Below are positions 29,556 through 41,056 of a stretch of DNA of 49,192 bases, piece by piece. The stretch is from positions 1 through 49,192 of the forward strand of contig CBFGJN010000007.1 in assembly GCA_965649115.1 (NCBI GenBank), written 5' to 3'. The notes beneath the pieces are model-generated. The model searched no databases. It was not told the DNA's origin and saw only the letters and a list, made by a program, of their open reading frames with translations. Numbering within the stretch: position 1 is the stretch's first letter; every line of letters begins with the position of its first letter. The position numbers and the translations under genes are program-made. Source of the stretch: a candidate division WOR-3 bacterium. GTDB taxonomy: Bacteria; Hydrothermota; Hydrothermia; LBFQ01; DSFT01.

Positions 29556-30442
29556 TAGTTTGTTTATTTTTCTTTTTAAAAAATGGTGATTTTAGTGAAG
29601 TTGAAAAAATTGGATATGAATTTTGGGAAATTGAAAACTTGGATATTGAAAAAGAAGATAGCTTTTTGGTATTTTGGACAAATGATAAAGGCTATTTAAC
29701 TCAAATTGTTTATAATGTTAAAGACCCTTTCGTAAAAATTTATTATTTAAATGAATGCTATAAATTTAAATTTAAAGCTTCACTTCTGGATGAAGAAGTA
29801 AATGCTCAAAAAAGCTTAAACCTTCAAGTAATCGAAATTAAGAAGTTTGGAACTTATGATAGTTTAATTTTTAAATTAATTTTTTATAACAGTGAAGAAG
29901 TTTGTAAAATTAAGTTTTATAAAATTGAAAGTAATTTTTTAAAAAATTTGAATTTTGAGGATTATAAATATAAACCAAAATTCTGGAATGTTGATAAAAA
30001 CAAAATTTGGCAAGTTGTTCAATTAAATCCTGGAACAATTTATAGATTAGAGATTTCTGCCAGTGGTAATTATAAGCTTCAAATTGATTGTATTGATTAT
30101 AAAGAAAATTCTAAAAAATTTAAAAATAATGTTGTTTTAATAGATACAATTAGTGCTTATTGCTTTAAACAATTTTTTGTTTTTACAATTGATAGTGGGA
30201 AAATTTCCCAAATAAAAAGTGAAATTTTGGGGACACTTGATTTTGTAATTTCTACAAAAAGTAAAAAAATTTTTATTTATAAAAATGTTGATTACAATGG
30301 TAAAATTCTTATTTATGATAAAAATGGTAGATTAATTAAAAATGAAAGTTTTTCTGAAAATCCAAAAATTTTTGAATTTGATAAAAGAGGAAAATTTTTA
30401 ATTGTTATTCCCAAAAAATTAAAAAAGGAGATAAAGTTATAG
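29552..30442 (+). CDS. Hypothetical exported protein with a T9SS-like CTD
   Basis: ATGA overlap; IYDKNGRLIK ... RGKFLIV. Confidence 0.65.
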   Translation: MIVCLFFFLKNGDFSEVEKIGYEFWEIENLDIEKEDSFLVFWTNDKGYLTQIVYNVKDPFVKIYYLNECYKFKFKASLLDEEVNAQKSLNLQVIEIKKFGTYDSLIFKLIFYNSEEVCKIKFYKIESNFLKNLNFEDYKYKPKFWNVDKNKIWQVVQLNPGTIYRLEISASGNYKLQIDCIDYKENSKKFKNNVVLIDTISAYCFKQFFVFTIDSGKISQIKSEILGTLDFVISTKSKKIFIYKNVDYNGKILIYDKNGRLIKNESFSENPKIFEFDKRGKFLIVIPKKLKKEIKL

Positions 30443-30963
30443 TGCGTATTGAAGGAGGAGAAAAAAAAGGATTTATTATAAAAGTTCCCAAAGACATTAG
30501 ACCTACATCATCATTTATTAAAAAGTCTATATTTGATACAATTGGTAGTTTTATCTTAGATAAGGAAGTTCTTGAATTATTCGCGGGAAGTGGAGCATTA
30601 GGTTTTGAAGCACTTTCAAGAGGTGCGAAAAGTTGTATATTTGTTGATATTTCAAGAAGTTCTCAAAAAGCAATAGAAGAAAACATAAAGAAATTGAATT
30701 ATCAAGATAGAGCAATTTTTATAAAATCAGATGCAATAAAATTTTTAAAAAACTGTTCAATTAGTTTTGATATTATTTTAGCTGACCCACCTTATGATTA
30801 TGAACATTATGATGAACTTTTAAGTTATGGATATTTAAGACTTAAAGAAAATGGAATTTTTGTTCTTCAATTATCATCAAAAACAAAATTAAATTTAAAT
30901 TTATTTTCAATCCTTAAAAATTACAAAAAAGGTGAAACAAGTGTTTTGTATTTAGTAAAATGA
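30442..30963 (+). CDS. rsmD: 16S rRNA m2G966 methyltransferase
   Basis: IRPTS, LFAGSGALGFEALSRGA, DPPY. Confidence 0.92.
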   Translation: MRIEGGEKKGFIIKVPKDIRPTSSFIKKSIFDTIGSFILDKEVLELFAGSGALGFEALSRGAKSCIFVDISRSSQKAIEENIKKLNYQDRAIFIKSDAIKFLKNCSISFDIILADPPYDYEHYDELLSYGYLRLKENGIFVLQLSSKTKLNLNLFSILKNYKKGETSVLYLVK

Positions 30964-30974
30964 TTTTTTAATTT

Positions 30975-31306
30975 TTAAGCATATTTTTGGAATTATCAGA
31001 CAAGGCAATTATTTAAAGCCATCCTAAAATGATGTTAATTGATTGATTATCAACAACTTATAAAAATCTATCTAAAATAGCTGTGTCTAGTAATTCTAAA
31101 AATATAGTCATTCCTATATTTTGCCCGCTCACCCTGAATTTAAGCCTACTGCTTTTAAATATTCAGAGCCCCCCTTAAATTCACCCCATAAAATCATTAG
31201 TTTCATTTTACAATTAGCTTTGTCCAAAGTAAGGCTTATTCATATGATGAGCGAGTGGACAAAATATAAATAAAATAAATGCTTTCAGAATTATTAGACG
31301 TAGCTA
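30975..31306. mobile_element. Cluster of degenerate MITE-like fragments
   Basis: gaattatcagacaaggca, ttgattatcaacaactta, gctgtgtctagtaattct, gaattattagac. Confidence 0.7.
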
Positions 31307-31312
31307 AAAAAC

Positions 31313-33226
31313 TTAACTCTCCCTTTTTAGCATCTCATAAGCTTCTGATAATTTCTTAAATCCAATATCACCTTCTTTCCTTTTCCTAATTGAAACCCCT
31401 TCATTCTCAACCTCTCTTTTACCAACTACAAAAATATATGGAATTTTATGAATTTCAGCATCTCTAATTTTATATCCAACAGTTTCTTTTCTGCTATCAA
31501 TTTCAACTCTAAAATCAGAAAAATAATTATAAACTTTTTGAGCATAATCTAAAAATTTATCTGAAACAGGAATTATAATAATTTGAGTTGGTGAAAGCCA
31601 AAATGGAAATTCACCTCCATAATGTTCAATTAAAATACCCATAAATCTTTCAATTGAACCAAAAATTGCTCTATGAATAATAATTGGCGTTTTTTCTTTT
31701 CCATCTCTATCCACAAATGTTAAGTTAAATTTTCTTGGTAAATTAAAGTCTAATTGAATTGTAGTACATTGCCATTTTCTATCAAGAACATCATATAAAT
31801 GGACATCAATTTTTGGACCATAAAACGCAGCTTCACCTTCTAAAACTTTATAACTTAAATTAAGTTTTTCAAGAGCATTTTTTAATGAACTTTGAGCATT
31901 TTCCCATTCCTCAATTGTCCCCATATATTTATTAAAGTTATTTCTATCATAAATTGATAATTGAATTTCAAACTTATTAAAGCCAAACTTATTTAAAATT
32001 TCTTTCATTAAATCAAGAACATCAATAATAACTTCTTCAACTTGATAATCTGCACAAAATATATGACTATCATCTTGGGTTATATTTCTAACTCTCAAAA
32101 GTCCGTGTAATGTTCCACTTCTTTCATAACGATAAACAGTAGCAACTTCAAATAGTTTCAAAGGTAAATCTCTATAAGAAAATTTTTTTGACTTATAAAT
32201 TAGAATATGAGCAGGACAATTCATAGGTTTAACGCCAAATTCCTCGTCCTTTCCTTCAATTAAAAACATATTTTCTTTATAATATTCAAGATGTCCAGAA
32301 ACTTTCCAAATATCAGTTTTTAAAACATGAGGTGTCCAAACAAGTTTATATCCTCTTTTTAGATGTTTTTCTTTTGAAAAATCTTCAAGAATTTTCCTTA
32401 AAATTGCACCTTTTGGATAAAAGAAAACAAATCCGCTACCTGCAATTTCAAAAAAATCAAATAATTCAAGTTGTTTCCCAAGAAATCTATGATCTCTTTT
32501 TTTTGCTTCTTCAAGCTTAAATAAGTAATCTTCTAATAATTCTTTACTTGGAAATGAAACTCCATATATTCTTTGTAATTGAGGATTATTTTCATCACCC
32601 TTAAAATAAGCTCCACTAACATTTAAAATTTTAAATGCTTTAACAAGCCCCGTTCTTGGAATATGTGGTCCTTTACATAAATCAACAAACTCTCCTTGAA
32701 AATAAACTGAAACTGTTTTCTCATTAAATTCTTCAATTAACATTACTTTATAAGGTTCATTTCTTTCACTAAAAAACTTTTTTGCATATTCACTATCCCA
32801 ATCTTCTCTCCTAACATAATAATCACTTTCAATAATTTTATAAGCTTCTTCTTCAATTTTCTTCAAATCTTCTTCACTTAATGTTTTTCCATTAAAATCA
32901 ATATCATAGAAGAATCCTTTTTCTATTGGAGGTCCTATTGTTAGTTTAGCATCTGGATATAATCTTTTAACTGCTTGTGCTAATATATGAGCAGATGAAT
33001 GCCAAAAGACCTTCTTGCCCTGATCACTATTAAAATCTAAAATTTCTATTTCTTCATCATTATTTAGAACTTCAAAAATTGGTCTTGTTAGGTCAAATAA
33101 TAATCCATCTTCCCTTTTGGCAACGATGTAATTTTTAAATTTTTCATCAATTTCTATTAAACTTTTATTTTCATTTACTTCATAAATAACTTCTTCCCCA
33201 CTTGGAAACTTTACTTTAATTTTCAT
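31313..33226 (-). CDS. thrS: Threonine--tRNA ligase
   Basis: FWHSSAH, DLCKGPH, KPMNCP, GEAAFYGPKID, IHRAIFGSIERF. Confidence 0.97.
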   Translation of the reverse strand: MKIKVKFPSGEEVIYEVNENKSLIEIDEKFKNYIVAKREDGLLFDLTRPIFEVLNNDEEIEILDFNSDQGKKVFWHSSAHILAQAVKRLYPDAKLTIGPPIEKGFFYDIDFNGKTLSEEDLKKIEEEAYKIIESDYYVRREDWDSEYAKKFFSERNEPYKVMLIEEFNEKTVSVYFQGEFVDLCKGPHIPRTGLVKAFKILNVSGAYFKGDENNPQLQRIYGVSFPSKELLEDYLFKLEEAKKRDHRFLGKQLELFDFFEIAGSGFVFFYPKGAILRKILEDFSKEKHLKRGYKLVWTPHVLKTDIWKVSGHLEYYKENMFLIEGKDEEFGVKPMNCPAHILIYKSKKFSYRDLPLKLFEVATVYRYERSGTLHGLLRVRNITQDDSHIFCADYQVEEVIIDVLDLMKEILNKFGFNKFEIQLSIYDRNNFNKYMGTIEEWENAQSSLKNALEKLNLSYKVLEGEAAFYGPKIDVHLYDVLDRKWQCTTIQLDFNLPRKFNLTFVDRDGKEKTPIIIHRAIFGSIERFMGILIEHYGGEFPFWLSPTQIIIIPVSDKFLDYAQKVYNYFSDFRVEIDSRKETVGYKIRDAEIHKIPYIFVVGKREVENEGVSIRKRKEGDIGFKKLSEAYEMLKRES

Positions 33227-33734
33227 AATTTATTTTACTTTCAAAGGGAACACTATTTTGAATTACATAAGCAGCAGGACATTTATTATTAGCTAATTTT
33301 CTAATTTCTTCAATTTTTTCTTTATTAGCATTAGTTTTTACTTCAAGTTCAATTGAAATTTTTTCAACAGGTGGAACATCTTCAATATCAAAAGTGGATT
33401 TCATATTTACTAAAATATATCCTTTTGCTTTTAATTTTTCAATTTTTACACCCATTTGCGTAGCAATCGTCATAAATGTAGTAGCATAGCAACTTATCAT
33501 TCCAAGAGCACATATTTGAATAGGATTGGGAGCATTACCATGACCACCTGCAATTTGAGGTTGATCAGTAGAAATTTCAGCTATTCCATTAGGATATTCT
33601 ATTTTAGCCATAAATTGAATATGTTTATCAAAGATCCACTCACCTTCTACGATAAATTCTCTTTTTGAAGGAATTTCATTATTTAAAATTTTCTTTCTTG
33701 TTTCTTCAATAGCAGATAAATTAACATTATTCAT
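33216..33734 (-). CDS. OsmC/Ohr-family protein
   Basis: DQPxxxGGxGxAPNP, SCY and CP cysteines. Confidence 0.8.
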   Translation of the reverse strand: MNNVNLSAIEETRKKILNNEIPSKREFIVEGEWIFDKHIQFMAKIEYPNGIAEISTDQPQIAGGHGNAPNPIQICALGMISCYATTFMTIATQMGVKIEKLKAKGYILVNMKSTFDIEDVPPVEKISIELEVKTNANKEKIEEIRKLANNKCPAAYVIQNSVPFESKINYEN

Positions 33735-33827
33735 AGGTTGAAAATTTTAAAGTTCTTTGTCTTACTTTTAAATTATTTTTATCTTCATTTTCTTGTATCC
33801 ATTCATTAAACAGAATAAGGACATTTT

Positions 33828-34140
33828 TGCTTTGTCTGATAAGTAATTTAAATAACTTTGCCCCCTGAAAGAAAAATGGGTATTTATAAGCAGAAAGCTT
33901 AATTTTAGAGCAAAAGAATAAAGAAAAATAAATGCTTTGCCCAAAAGGCGTAGCCTTGAAGACAGGGTGGGTGGGGAAATATAGAAAAATATGTATTTTT
34001 AGAGTTGCTTTTAGAAAGCTCTCTGCCGAAGACTAAAATAAAAAATAATTAATAGATGGCAAACTTCCTACCGAAAAAAGTTTTTCTTGCTTTATTTAGT
34101 AAATAATAAGGACAAATCCCCTATAACCAATTAGGAATAA
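33828..34140. mobile_element. Degenerate MITE-like fragments
   Basis: tgctttgtct, aaggcgtagcctt, gggtgggtgggg. Confidence 0.6.
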
Positions 34141-34143
34141 AAC

Positions 34144-35262
34144 TCATTTTGTTAATTCACTTTTAAAAAGCTTCAAAACATTTTCAACTGAATGATATTT
34201 CAGAAGATAATCATAAGCTCTACTTGTAATTTCATTTCTTAAATTTTCATCTTTAATCAATTTTTCAATAATACTTATAGCATTTTCTAAATTTTCTGTC
34301 AAAAAACCAATTTTATAATTTTTTAAAATATCATCAGGATCAACATTTAAAGAAACAACAACAACCTTATATTTAAATGCCTGTAAAAATGTATTAGGAA
34401 AACCTTCCCTTTTACTCGTATTGACAAAAATCCAAGATTTTTTAAAATAGTTTTCTGTTTCTTCAAGGCTTAATTTCCCAAGATATTCTAAATTACTCGG
34501 TTTATTATTTAAAATCATTTCTTTTGGAAAATTTGGACTATCGGAGCCAATCATTATAAATTTGTAATCTGGCATTTTTTTTGCTATTTCCAGAAACAAT
34601 AATGGTTGTTTTCTTTCAGAAAGATGAGAAACCCATAAAATTAAAGGCTCTTTATCCTTTTCAATAAGTTCATTTTTAATTTCAATAATTGAATAAACAA
34701 TTTCAGCATTTAATCTAAAAGCTCTTTTTAATTTTTCTTTTTGAAATCTGTTTTGAACGATTCTTTTATCCATTAAGTAAATACCAAGTGAAAAACAAAT
34801 GTCATAAAGAAGATAATTTATAAGGAGAAATGGAATTTTGTAAATTTTTTTATAGTTTTTAAGAGCCTTAAAAAAATTTTTTGTATTATAAAACCAATCA
34901 ATTGTAATATCTTCTGTTGAAAACCAAAATGTTTTTATTCTTAAAATTTTTGATAAAATACCAACAGTAAGAAGAAATGGATAGTTCATTCTCAAATATA
35001 TAATATCAGGCTTAATTTTGAGAATATAATAAATAACTTTTGGAAAGTCAAGAATACCAAAAATGCTTGTGTTTTTTAAAACTCTAAAAATTTTTATATT
35101 TTCAATTATTTCAAATTTTTCTTTTTTTAATGGATTTGAAGTTAGATAATAAACCTCAAACAAATTAACTAAATTTTTTGCTGTTAAGTAAGCTTGAACC
35201 TCTGCTCCTCCACCAAAATTATCCCTTATAAAGTAAGGCATTAAAAATAAAATTTTTTTCAA
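34144..35262 (-). CDS. Glycosyltransferase family 4
   Basis: GGAE, RKQP, FVNTSKREGFPNTFLQA. Confidence 0.9.
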   Translation of the reverse strand: MKKILFLMPYFIRDNFGGGAEVQAYLTAKNLVNLFEVYYLTSNPLKKEKFEIIENIKIFRVLKNTSIFGILDFPKVIYYILKIKPDIIYLRMNYPFLLTVGILSKILRIKTFWFSTEDITIDWFYNTKNFFKALKNYKKIYKIPFLLINYLLYDICFSLGIYLMDKRIVQNRFQKEKLKRAFRLNAEIVYSIIEIKNELIEKDKEPLILWVSHLSERKQPLLFLEIAKKMPDYKFIMIGSDSPNFPKEMILNNKPSNLEYLGKLSLEETENYFKKSWIFVNTSKREGFPNTFLQAFKYKVVVVSLNVDPDDILKNYKIGFLTENLENAISIIEKLIKDENLRNEITSRAYDYLLKYHSVENVLKLFKSELTK

Positions 35263-35265
35263 TTT

Positions 35266-37575
35266 TTAGTAAATTACAATCCTTTTTGATAAGTTCTTCG
35301 TCTTTAAAATATAAATACCTTTTGGTAGAAAAATTTCTTTTGATTTTCCTTTAATATACAAACTTCCATTAGCTTTGTAAATTTTATATTCAACTTCACC
35401 TCCAAAGATGACTCTATTACCTTTTATAATATAATCATTAAAAGCAATTTCCCTATTATCTGTAAGAATATCAAGCTTCCACATACTTCTTCCATGAGTT
35501 GCAACAATAAGTTTATTATTTACAATATCCATAGCAAACACATAAACATTAGGAATTCCATCCATTTTCTGCCAATTTTGTCCATTATTGTTTGAATAAT
35601 AAACCCCATCCTCCATCCCTACAAAGATAGTATTTCTTTGAAAATCTATAGCAAATGTCCTACAAGTTCTGCCAGAAGGTAAATTTCCCGTTATATCAGT
35701 CCAGGTTTGTCCTGCATCATTTGAGTATAAAACTTTTCTATTATTTGTTCTACCAACACATACATAAACATTTTTGCTATTATTCGGATTAACGATAATT
35801 TTTCTAATTGGACTTGAAGAAACATTTAAATTAGATGATCTATTTATCCAATTAGCTCCTTGATTATATGTAAAATAAAAATGCCCCTGATTAGAACCTG
35901 TATAAATTGTATCTGAATTTGTATATGAAAATTTTGCAGCAAGTAAAACACCTGTTGCTCCTGCTAAACTTGGACTAATAGTACTCCAATTATAACCACC
36001 ATCGTTTGAAAACCACAATCTATAAGTTCCTACAATAATTGTTCCATCTTGATGAACATCAACTGCCCCATTAGCCCAGTCAGCTCTATCGTTGAACCAT
36101 GGGTGCTTATAAAATAGATACTGCCAAGATGGATTTGGATATCCACTTGTTAATTGATATTTACTAAAATACCATAAGTAAATATAACTTGTCCAAAAGT
36201 AATTCGGATTTTGTAATTCAAAAATCGTAGGACCACCATCACCACCACTAACTTCTCTCCAAACTGGTAAATTATATAAAATTGGTGTTCCATTATCCTG
36301 TGTGCCACCTGTTATAACCCATTCATCATTTGGTTTAATAGCAAGCGTATAAAATTGTAATGTTCCAAGTCCTTTATTTATATTTATCCAAGTATTTCCA
36401 TCATCATAGCTTTTCCATATTCCACCATCTGTTGCCACATATAATGTTCCATCAGGACCATATGCAAAATGATGAATATCAGGATGAACGATATTTTTTG
36501 CAATTTCCGTCCAACTACTCCCTCCATCAGTGCTTTTTATAATTCCATATTGACAAGAAGAACCATAATTATGAACTCCACCAGCTATCACTACATTTGG
36601 ATTACTTGGTTTAACAATCAAAGCATGATTATAAAATCCTTGACCGCAAAGATATTCAGGAACATTTAATTGTATCCAAGTATTGCCTCCATCAGTAGAT
36701 TTATAAAAAGCATATAAGTAATAATTGTTAGAGCCAAAAGCAGCATAAATGACATTAGGATTACTACTTGAAATTGCTAATTGAGACCTAAAATAGCCTG
36801 ATGTAGGAAGATTATTTATTTTTGTCCAAGTTGAACCTCCATCTGTTGATTTATAAATACCTGTTCTTAAACTTGCAGCAAATAAAATATTTGGATTATC
36901 ACTCCTATAAACAAGATCATTTACTTGATCATATATATTTGATGCTGTCCAACTATTACCTCCATCATCAGAATATACAATACCTAAATCACTTGCAACT
37001 AAAATTCTATGTGTAATCGGATTTATAATAATTCTTGATATATAGGAACCAACTTGGTTTGAATTTGCAATTTTAACCCATGTATTACCACCATCAGTGG
37101 ATTTGAATAATCCATCACCAGGAAAACAAACTGAACAATAATTCATCTCCCCTGTACCATAGTAAATAATATCTGGATTAGAAGGGTCAAAAGCTAATGC
37201 TCCTGATGTTAATGTAGGTAAATTGTCAGTTAAAGGTGTCCATGTTAACCCTTGATCCGTTGTTTTCCAAACACCACCACCTGCTGTTGCAACATATATT
37301 ATACTTGGATTTGTAGGATGAGTTAAAATAAATGTCATCCTTCCCGAGTTTGATAAACCATCTGACCAAGAACCTTTTTCTATATAAGAAGGACCTATAA
37401 ATTGCCAATTAAACTGATTTACTTTATTAGAATAAAAAATATCGCCAACTTTTGACCATTCACCTTTTTCTAATGCTCTTAATTTTAGGCTTTCTGGGTC
37501 AAGAAATTTTACCGGACTTTCCTTTTCCTCAAAGCTTTTAAATTCCCAAGGTAAATAGAAAAAGATATAAATCAT
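35266..37575 (-). CDS. BNR/Asp-box (VPS10/sortilin-like) beta-propeller protein with T9SS-type CTD
   Basis: Many STDGGxTW repeats, VHPDIH, GGTQDNG; IYKANG ... GIYILK. Confidence 0.88.
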   Translation of the reverse strand: MIYIFFYLPWEFKSFEEKESPVKFLDPESLKLRALEKGEWSKVGDIFYSNKVNQFNWQFIGPSYIEKGSWSDGLSNSGRMTFILTHPTNPSIIYVATAGGGVWKTTDQGLTWTPLTDNLPTLTSGALAFDPSNPDIIYYGTGEMNYCSVCFPGDGLFKSTDGGNTWVKIANSNQVGSYISRIIINPITHRILVASDLGIVYSDDGGNSWTASNIYDQVNDLVYRSDNPNILFAASLRTGIYKSTDGGSTWTKINNLPTSGYFRSQLAISSSNPNVIYAAFGSNNYYLYAFYKSTDGGNTWIQLNVPEYLCGQGFYNHALIVKPSNPNVVIAGGVHNYGSSCQYGIIKSTDGGSSWTEIAKNIVHPDIHHFAYGPDGTLYVATDGGIWKSYDDGNTWININKGLGTLQFYTLAIKPNDEWVITGGTQDNGTPILYNLPVWREVSGGDGGPTIFELQNPNYFWTSYIYLWYFSKYQLTSGYPNPSWQYLFYKHPWFNDRADWANGAVDVHQDGTIIVGTYRLWFSNDGGYNWSTISPSLAGATGVLLAAKFSYTNSDTIYTGSNQGHFYFTYNQGANWINRSSNLNVSSSPIRKIIVNPNNSKNVYVCVGRTNNRKVLYSNDAGQTWTDITGNLPSGRTCRTFAIDFQRNTIFVGMEDGVYYSNNNGQNWQKMDGIPNVYVFAMDIVNNKLIVATHGRSMWKLDILTDNREIAFNDYIIKGNRVIFGGEVEYKIYKANGSLYIKGKSKEIFLPKGIYILKTKNLSKRIVIY

Positions 37576-37610
37576 AATTAAAATTTTAAAGGAGAGTTTT
37601 TTGGTATAAA

Positions 37611-37762
37611 TGTTTTGTCTAGTAATTCTAAAAATATGATTATTTCTATATTTTCCCCACCCACCCTATGAATAAGGCTTCGCCTTATAAATACCCATTT
37701 TTCGGCAGTGGGGGGCTTCCTATAAAAACCATAATTTCAAAAAATTTTTTATAGACAAAGCA
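37611..37762 (-). mobile_element. MITE-like copy, first ~95 bp nearly identical to the 11380 copy; further remnants extend to ~37900
   Basis: tgttttgtctagtaattct ... tagacaaagca. Confidence 0.8.
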
Positions 37763-37914
37763 TTGCTTTATTACCTTGTAATCAAGCCTTTGGCTTAAAA
37801 CTTCGCTCCCCATAAAATTAATAGTTCCACTAAAACTTAAGAAAAAAATAAAGCCTTTTGCTTTATGGGATTTTGTCTCCCTAATCAAATAAATAAATTA
37901 TTTTTCCTATAATT

Positions 37915-40900
37915 TTAAAAGGGGGCAATTATGAATTTTTCATCTTGTGCATCAATTGTAATTTTAGAACCTTCACCTATTTTACCACTTAAAATTAATT
38001 TGCTTATTTCATTTTCAATTTCTTTTTGAATAACCCTTCTTAATGGTCTTGCTCCAAGTATTGGATCAAAACCCTTAATTGCTAAAAGTTCTAATGCTTT
38101 ATCAGTTATTTCCATATCAATTTTTTGTTCTTTAAGTCTTAATTTTAATCTGTTTATTAATAATTTTGAAATTTCAATAATTTCATTCCAAAGAAGTGGC
38201 TTAAAAACAATAATTTCATCAATTCTATTTATAAATTCAGGCCTAAAAAACCTTTTTACAACTTCAATAACTCTTTCCTTGACAATTTCAAATTCAAAAT
38301 TAAATTCTTTTAGTAATTTTTCTTTTTCTGAATTGTCACCTCTTTTATAAACATCTTTAAATCTTTCAGAAAATCTTTCCATAAATTCTCTAATATAATC
38401 ACTACCAAGATTTGAAGTCATTATTATTACGCAGTTTCTAAAACTAACAGTTCTACCTTGACTATCTGTTAATCTTCCATCTTCCAAAACTTGTAAAAAT
38501 AAGTCAAAAACTCTTGGATGAGCCTTTTCAACCTCATCTAATAAAATGACACTATAAGGTTTCCTTCTAACTGCTTCCGTTAATTTTCCACCTTCTTCAT
38601 AACCAACATAACCAGGTGGAGCTCCAATTAGTTTTGAAATTGAATGTTCTTCCTTAAACTCCGACATATCAAGTCTAATTAAAGCATCTTCTGAACCAAA
38701 TAAAAACTCTGCAAGTGCTTTACTTAATTCAGTTTTACCGACACCAGTTGGTCCTAAAAATAGAAATGAACCTAAGGGTCTTTTTGGCTCACTAATTCCC
38801 GCCCTTGCTCTTCTAATTGCTTCTGAAACTGCTTTAACTGCCTCTTCCTGATTTATAATTCTTTGGTGTAAATAATCCTCCATATGTAATAATTTTTTCT
38901 TTTCTTCTTCCATCATCTTTTGAAGTGGAATACCAGTAATTTCTGAAACAACCTCTGCAACATCTTCTTCATCAACGATAATTTCATCCTTCCTTTCCCT
39001 TTTCCTTGAAAGTAATTCCTTTTTTAATAATTTTAATTCCTCTGAATACTTCTCCCAATTTTCAAGATCTGCTTTGCTTTCTGCTTCTTTAATTTTTTCT
39101 TCTAATTCGCTTATTCTTTTTTCAATTTCCTCATCTGTCTTTTGAATATTTTCAATTTCTTTTAACTTTTGAGTTAATTGCTCTTTTAACTTCTTTAATT
39201 CTTCAATTCTTTCGTAGTTTTTATCTTCATTAGCTTTGCTAATTTCTTTATCTATCCTCTCTATTTCGGATAAAATTTTTTCTTTTGTTGGCTTATTATA
39301 CAAAACTTTCAATTTTTTCCTTGAAGCAGCCCTATCAAGAACATCTATTGCTTTATCAGGCAATTTTCTATTTTGAATATATCTACTTGATAACTTAACT
39401 GCACTTTCAATTGCACTATCACTTATCTTAACATTATGATATTCTTCATATCTATTTTTAAGCCCTCTTAAAATTTCAATAGCTGAATAATAGTCAGGTT
39501 CATCTACCCAAACAGGTTGAAATCTTCTTTCTAATGCACTATCCTTTTCAATATAATTCCTATATTCGTCAGGTGTAGTTGCTCCTATTACTCTAATTTC
39601 TCCTCTTGCTAATAATGGTTTTAACATATTTGATAAATCCAAAGGTGCTCCCTCTGCTCTACCTGCTCCAACGATTGTATGAATTTCATCAATAAATAGA
39701 ATAATATCATCTCTTGATTTCAATTCATCTAATAATTGCTTAGTTCTTTCTTCCATTTCTCCTCTATATTTTGTTCCAGCAATTAATGCACCAACATCAA
39801 GTTGTAAAATTTTTTTATTTTTTAGGAAATCAGGAACATCTCCTTTAACAATTTTTTGAGCAAGTCCTTCAACAATAGCAGTTTTACCAACACCAGCAGG
39901 TCCAACTAAAACGGGATTATTTTTTTGCTTTCTTCCAAGTATCTCTATAACTTGTTCTATTTCTCTATCTCTTCCAATAATCGGATCAAGCTTATTTTCC
40001 TGTGCAAGTTTTGTAATGTCAATTGTCCATTTTTCAAGAGCAGATTTTTCTTCCTCTTTTATCTCCTCACTCCAAGAGCTAGTTCTAACAGCTGATTTTA
40101 TAGCATTTAATAATTGATTTAATATCGTTCCACCAATTGTTTTACTTTCAGCAAGAGCTTCTATAATATCATTAGCAGATATTTCATCTTTCATAGATGC
40201 AATTTTATTTAAAATGCTTTGAACAAAAATTGAATACTCAACTTTTTCATTCTTATTTAAAATTTTGTAAATTATCCTTCTTGGATCTATACCATTATCG
40301 TATAAATGAATAAGTGAGCTTCTAATTTTATCTTCATAATCAGCAAGAGTTGAAATAAGCTCATCAACATTATAATAACCATATTTGTAAGCTATTTCTT
40401 TTATGCTATCTACGAATTTTCTTGGAACGCTTATTGTTTGTTCTTTTAATGTCCAAGTGCTTGAAAATTCATCTGGAAATAATAATCCCTCAAATTCAGA
40501 AAACAATTCTTCAATTATACTTCTAAATATACTTCTCGTTCTTGTAGGAACCCACCTTTGTGTAGTAATTTGAACAAAATCTCTTTCTCTTTTACCTGTT
40601 ATGTAGTTTTCAATACTTTCAGAAATAAGTTGTAAAAATTTATTTATTATTTCTCTTGCAAACGAACTTGAATAATTATAAGCAATCTGATTTTCCAAAT
40701 CGTTAAAAGCTCTTCTATAAGACTGAGTTAAGCTTTCTAATTGACTATATAGCATTTCAAGTGTTTTTTGAACCTCTCTTCTTGCCTGCTCAACAGATAT
40801 TCCTTTCTTTTCAAGCCACTTAGCAAAAGGATTCTTTTCAGATGTCATAAATAATGAATAAAGTAAATGATCAGTATCTACCATACTCTCCCCTCTTTTC

Positions 40901-40971
40901 TTTGCTATCTTTTCAGCATTTTCCAAAATCGCTTTGGCACTTTCAGAAACTTTTTTCCCTTTCCACTCCAT
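37915..40971 (-). CDS. clpB: ClpB/ClpC-family double AAA+ chaperone with an enlarged N-domain
   Basis: [48 protein letters not shown]. Confidence 0.88.
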   Translation of the reverse strand: MEWKGKKVSESAKAILENAEKIAKKRGESMVDTDHLLYSLFMTSEKNPFAKWLEKKGISVEQARREVQKTLEMLYSQLESLTQSYRRAFNDLENQIAYNYSSSFAREIINKFLQLISESIENYITGKRERDFVQITTQRWVPTRTRSIFRSIIEELFSEFEGLLFPDEFSSTWTLKEQTISVPRKFVDSIKEIAYKYGYYNVDELISTLADYEDKIRSSLIHLYDNGIDPRRIIYKILNKNEKVEYSIFVQSILNKIASMKDEISANDIIEALAESKTIGGTILNQLLNAIKSAVRTSSWSEEIKEEEKSALEKWTIDITKLAQENKLDPIIGRDREIEQVIEILGRKQKNNPVLVGPAGVGKTAIVEGLAQKIVKGDVPDFLKNKKILQLDVGALIAGTKYRGEMEERTKQLLDELKSRDDIILFIDEIHTIVGAGRAEGAPLDLSNMLKPLLARGEIRVIGATTPDEYRNYIEKDSALERRFQPVWVDEPDYYSAIEILRGLKNRYEEYHNVKISDSAIESAVKLSSRYIQNRKLPDKAIDVLDRAASRKKLKVLYNKPTKEKILSEIERIDKEISKANEDKNYERIEELKKLKEQLTQKLKEIENIQKTDEEIEKRISELEEKIKEAESKADLENWEKYSEELKLLKKELLSRKRERKDEIIVDEEDVAEVVSEITGIPLQKMMEEEKKKLLHMEDYLHQRIINQEEAVKAVSEAIRRARAGISEPKRPLGSFLFLGPTGVGKTELSKALAEFLFGSEDALIRLDMSEFKEEHSISKLIGAPPGYVGYEEGGKLTEAVRRKPYSVILLDEVEKAHPRVFDLFLQVLEDGRLTDSQGRTVSFRNCVIIMTSNLGSDYIREFMERFSERFKDVYKRGDNSEKEKLLKEFNFEFEIVKERVIEVVKRFFRPEFINRIDEIIVFKPLLWNEIIEISKLLINRLKLRLKEQKIDMEITDKALELLAIKGFDPILGARPLRRVIQKEIENEISKLILSGKIGEGSKITIDAQDEKFIIAPF

Positions 40972-41056
40972 AACTTACCTCCTTTTAGTTAACAATTTAT
41001 GAAACGAAAATTTTAAAGGAGAGTTTTTCTGCAGTTTGAGATTTAAAATTTTCACT

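Noticed and set aside
33773..33820. Possible gene tail LILFNEWIQENEDKK* on the minus strand
   Set aside because: Too short to support
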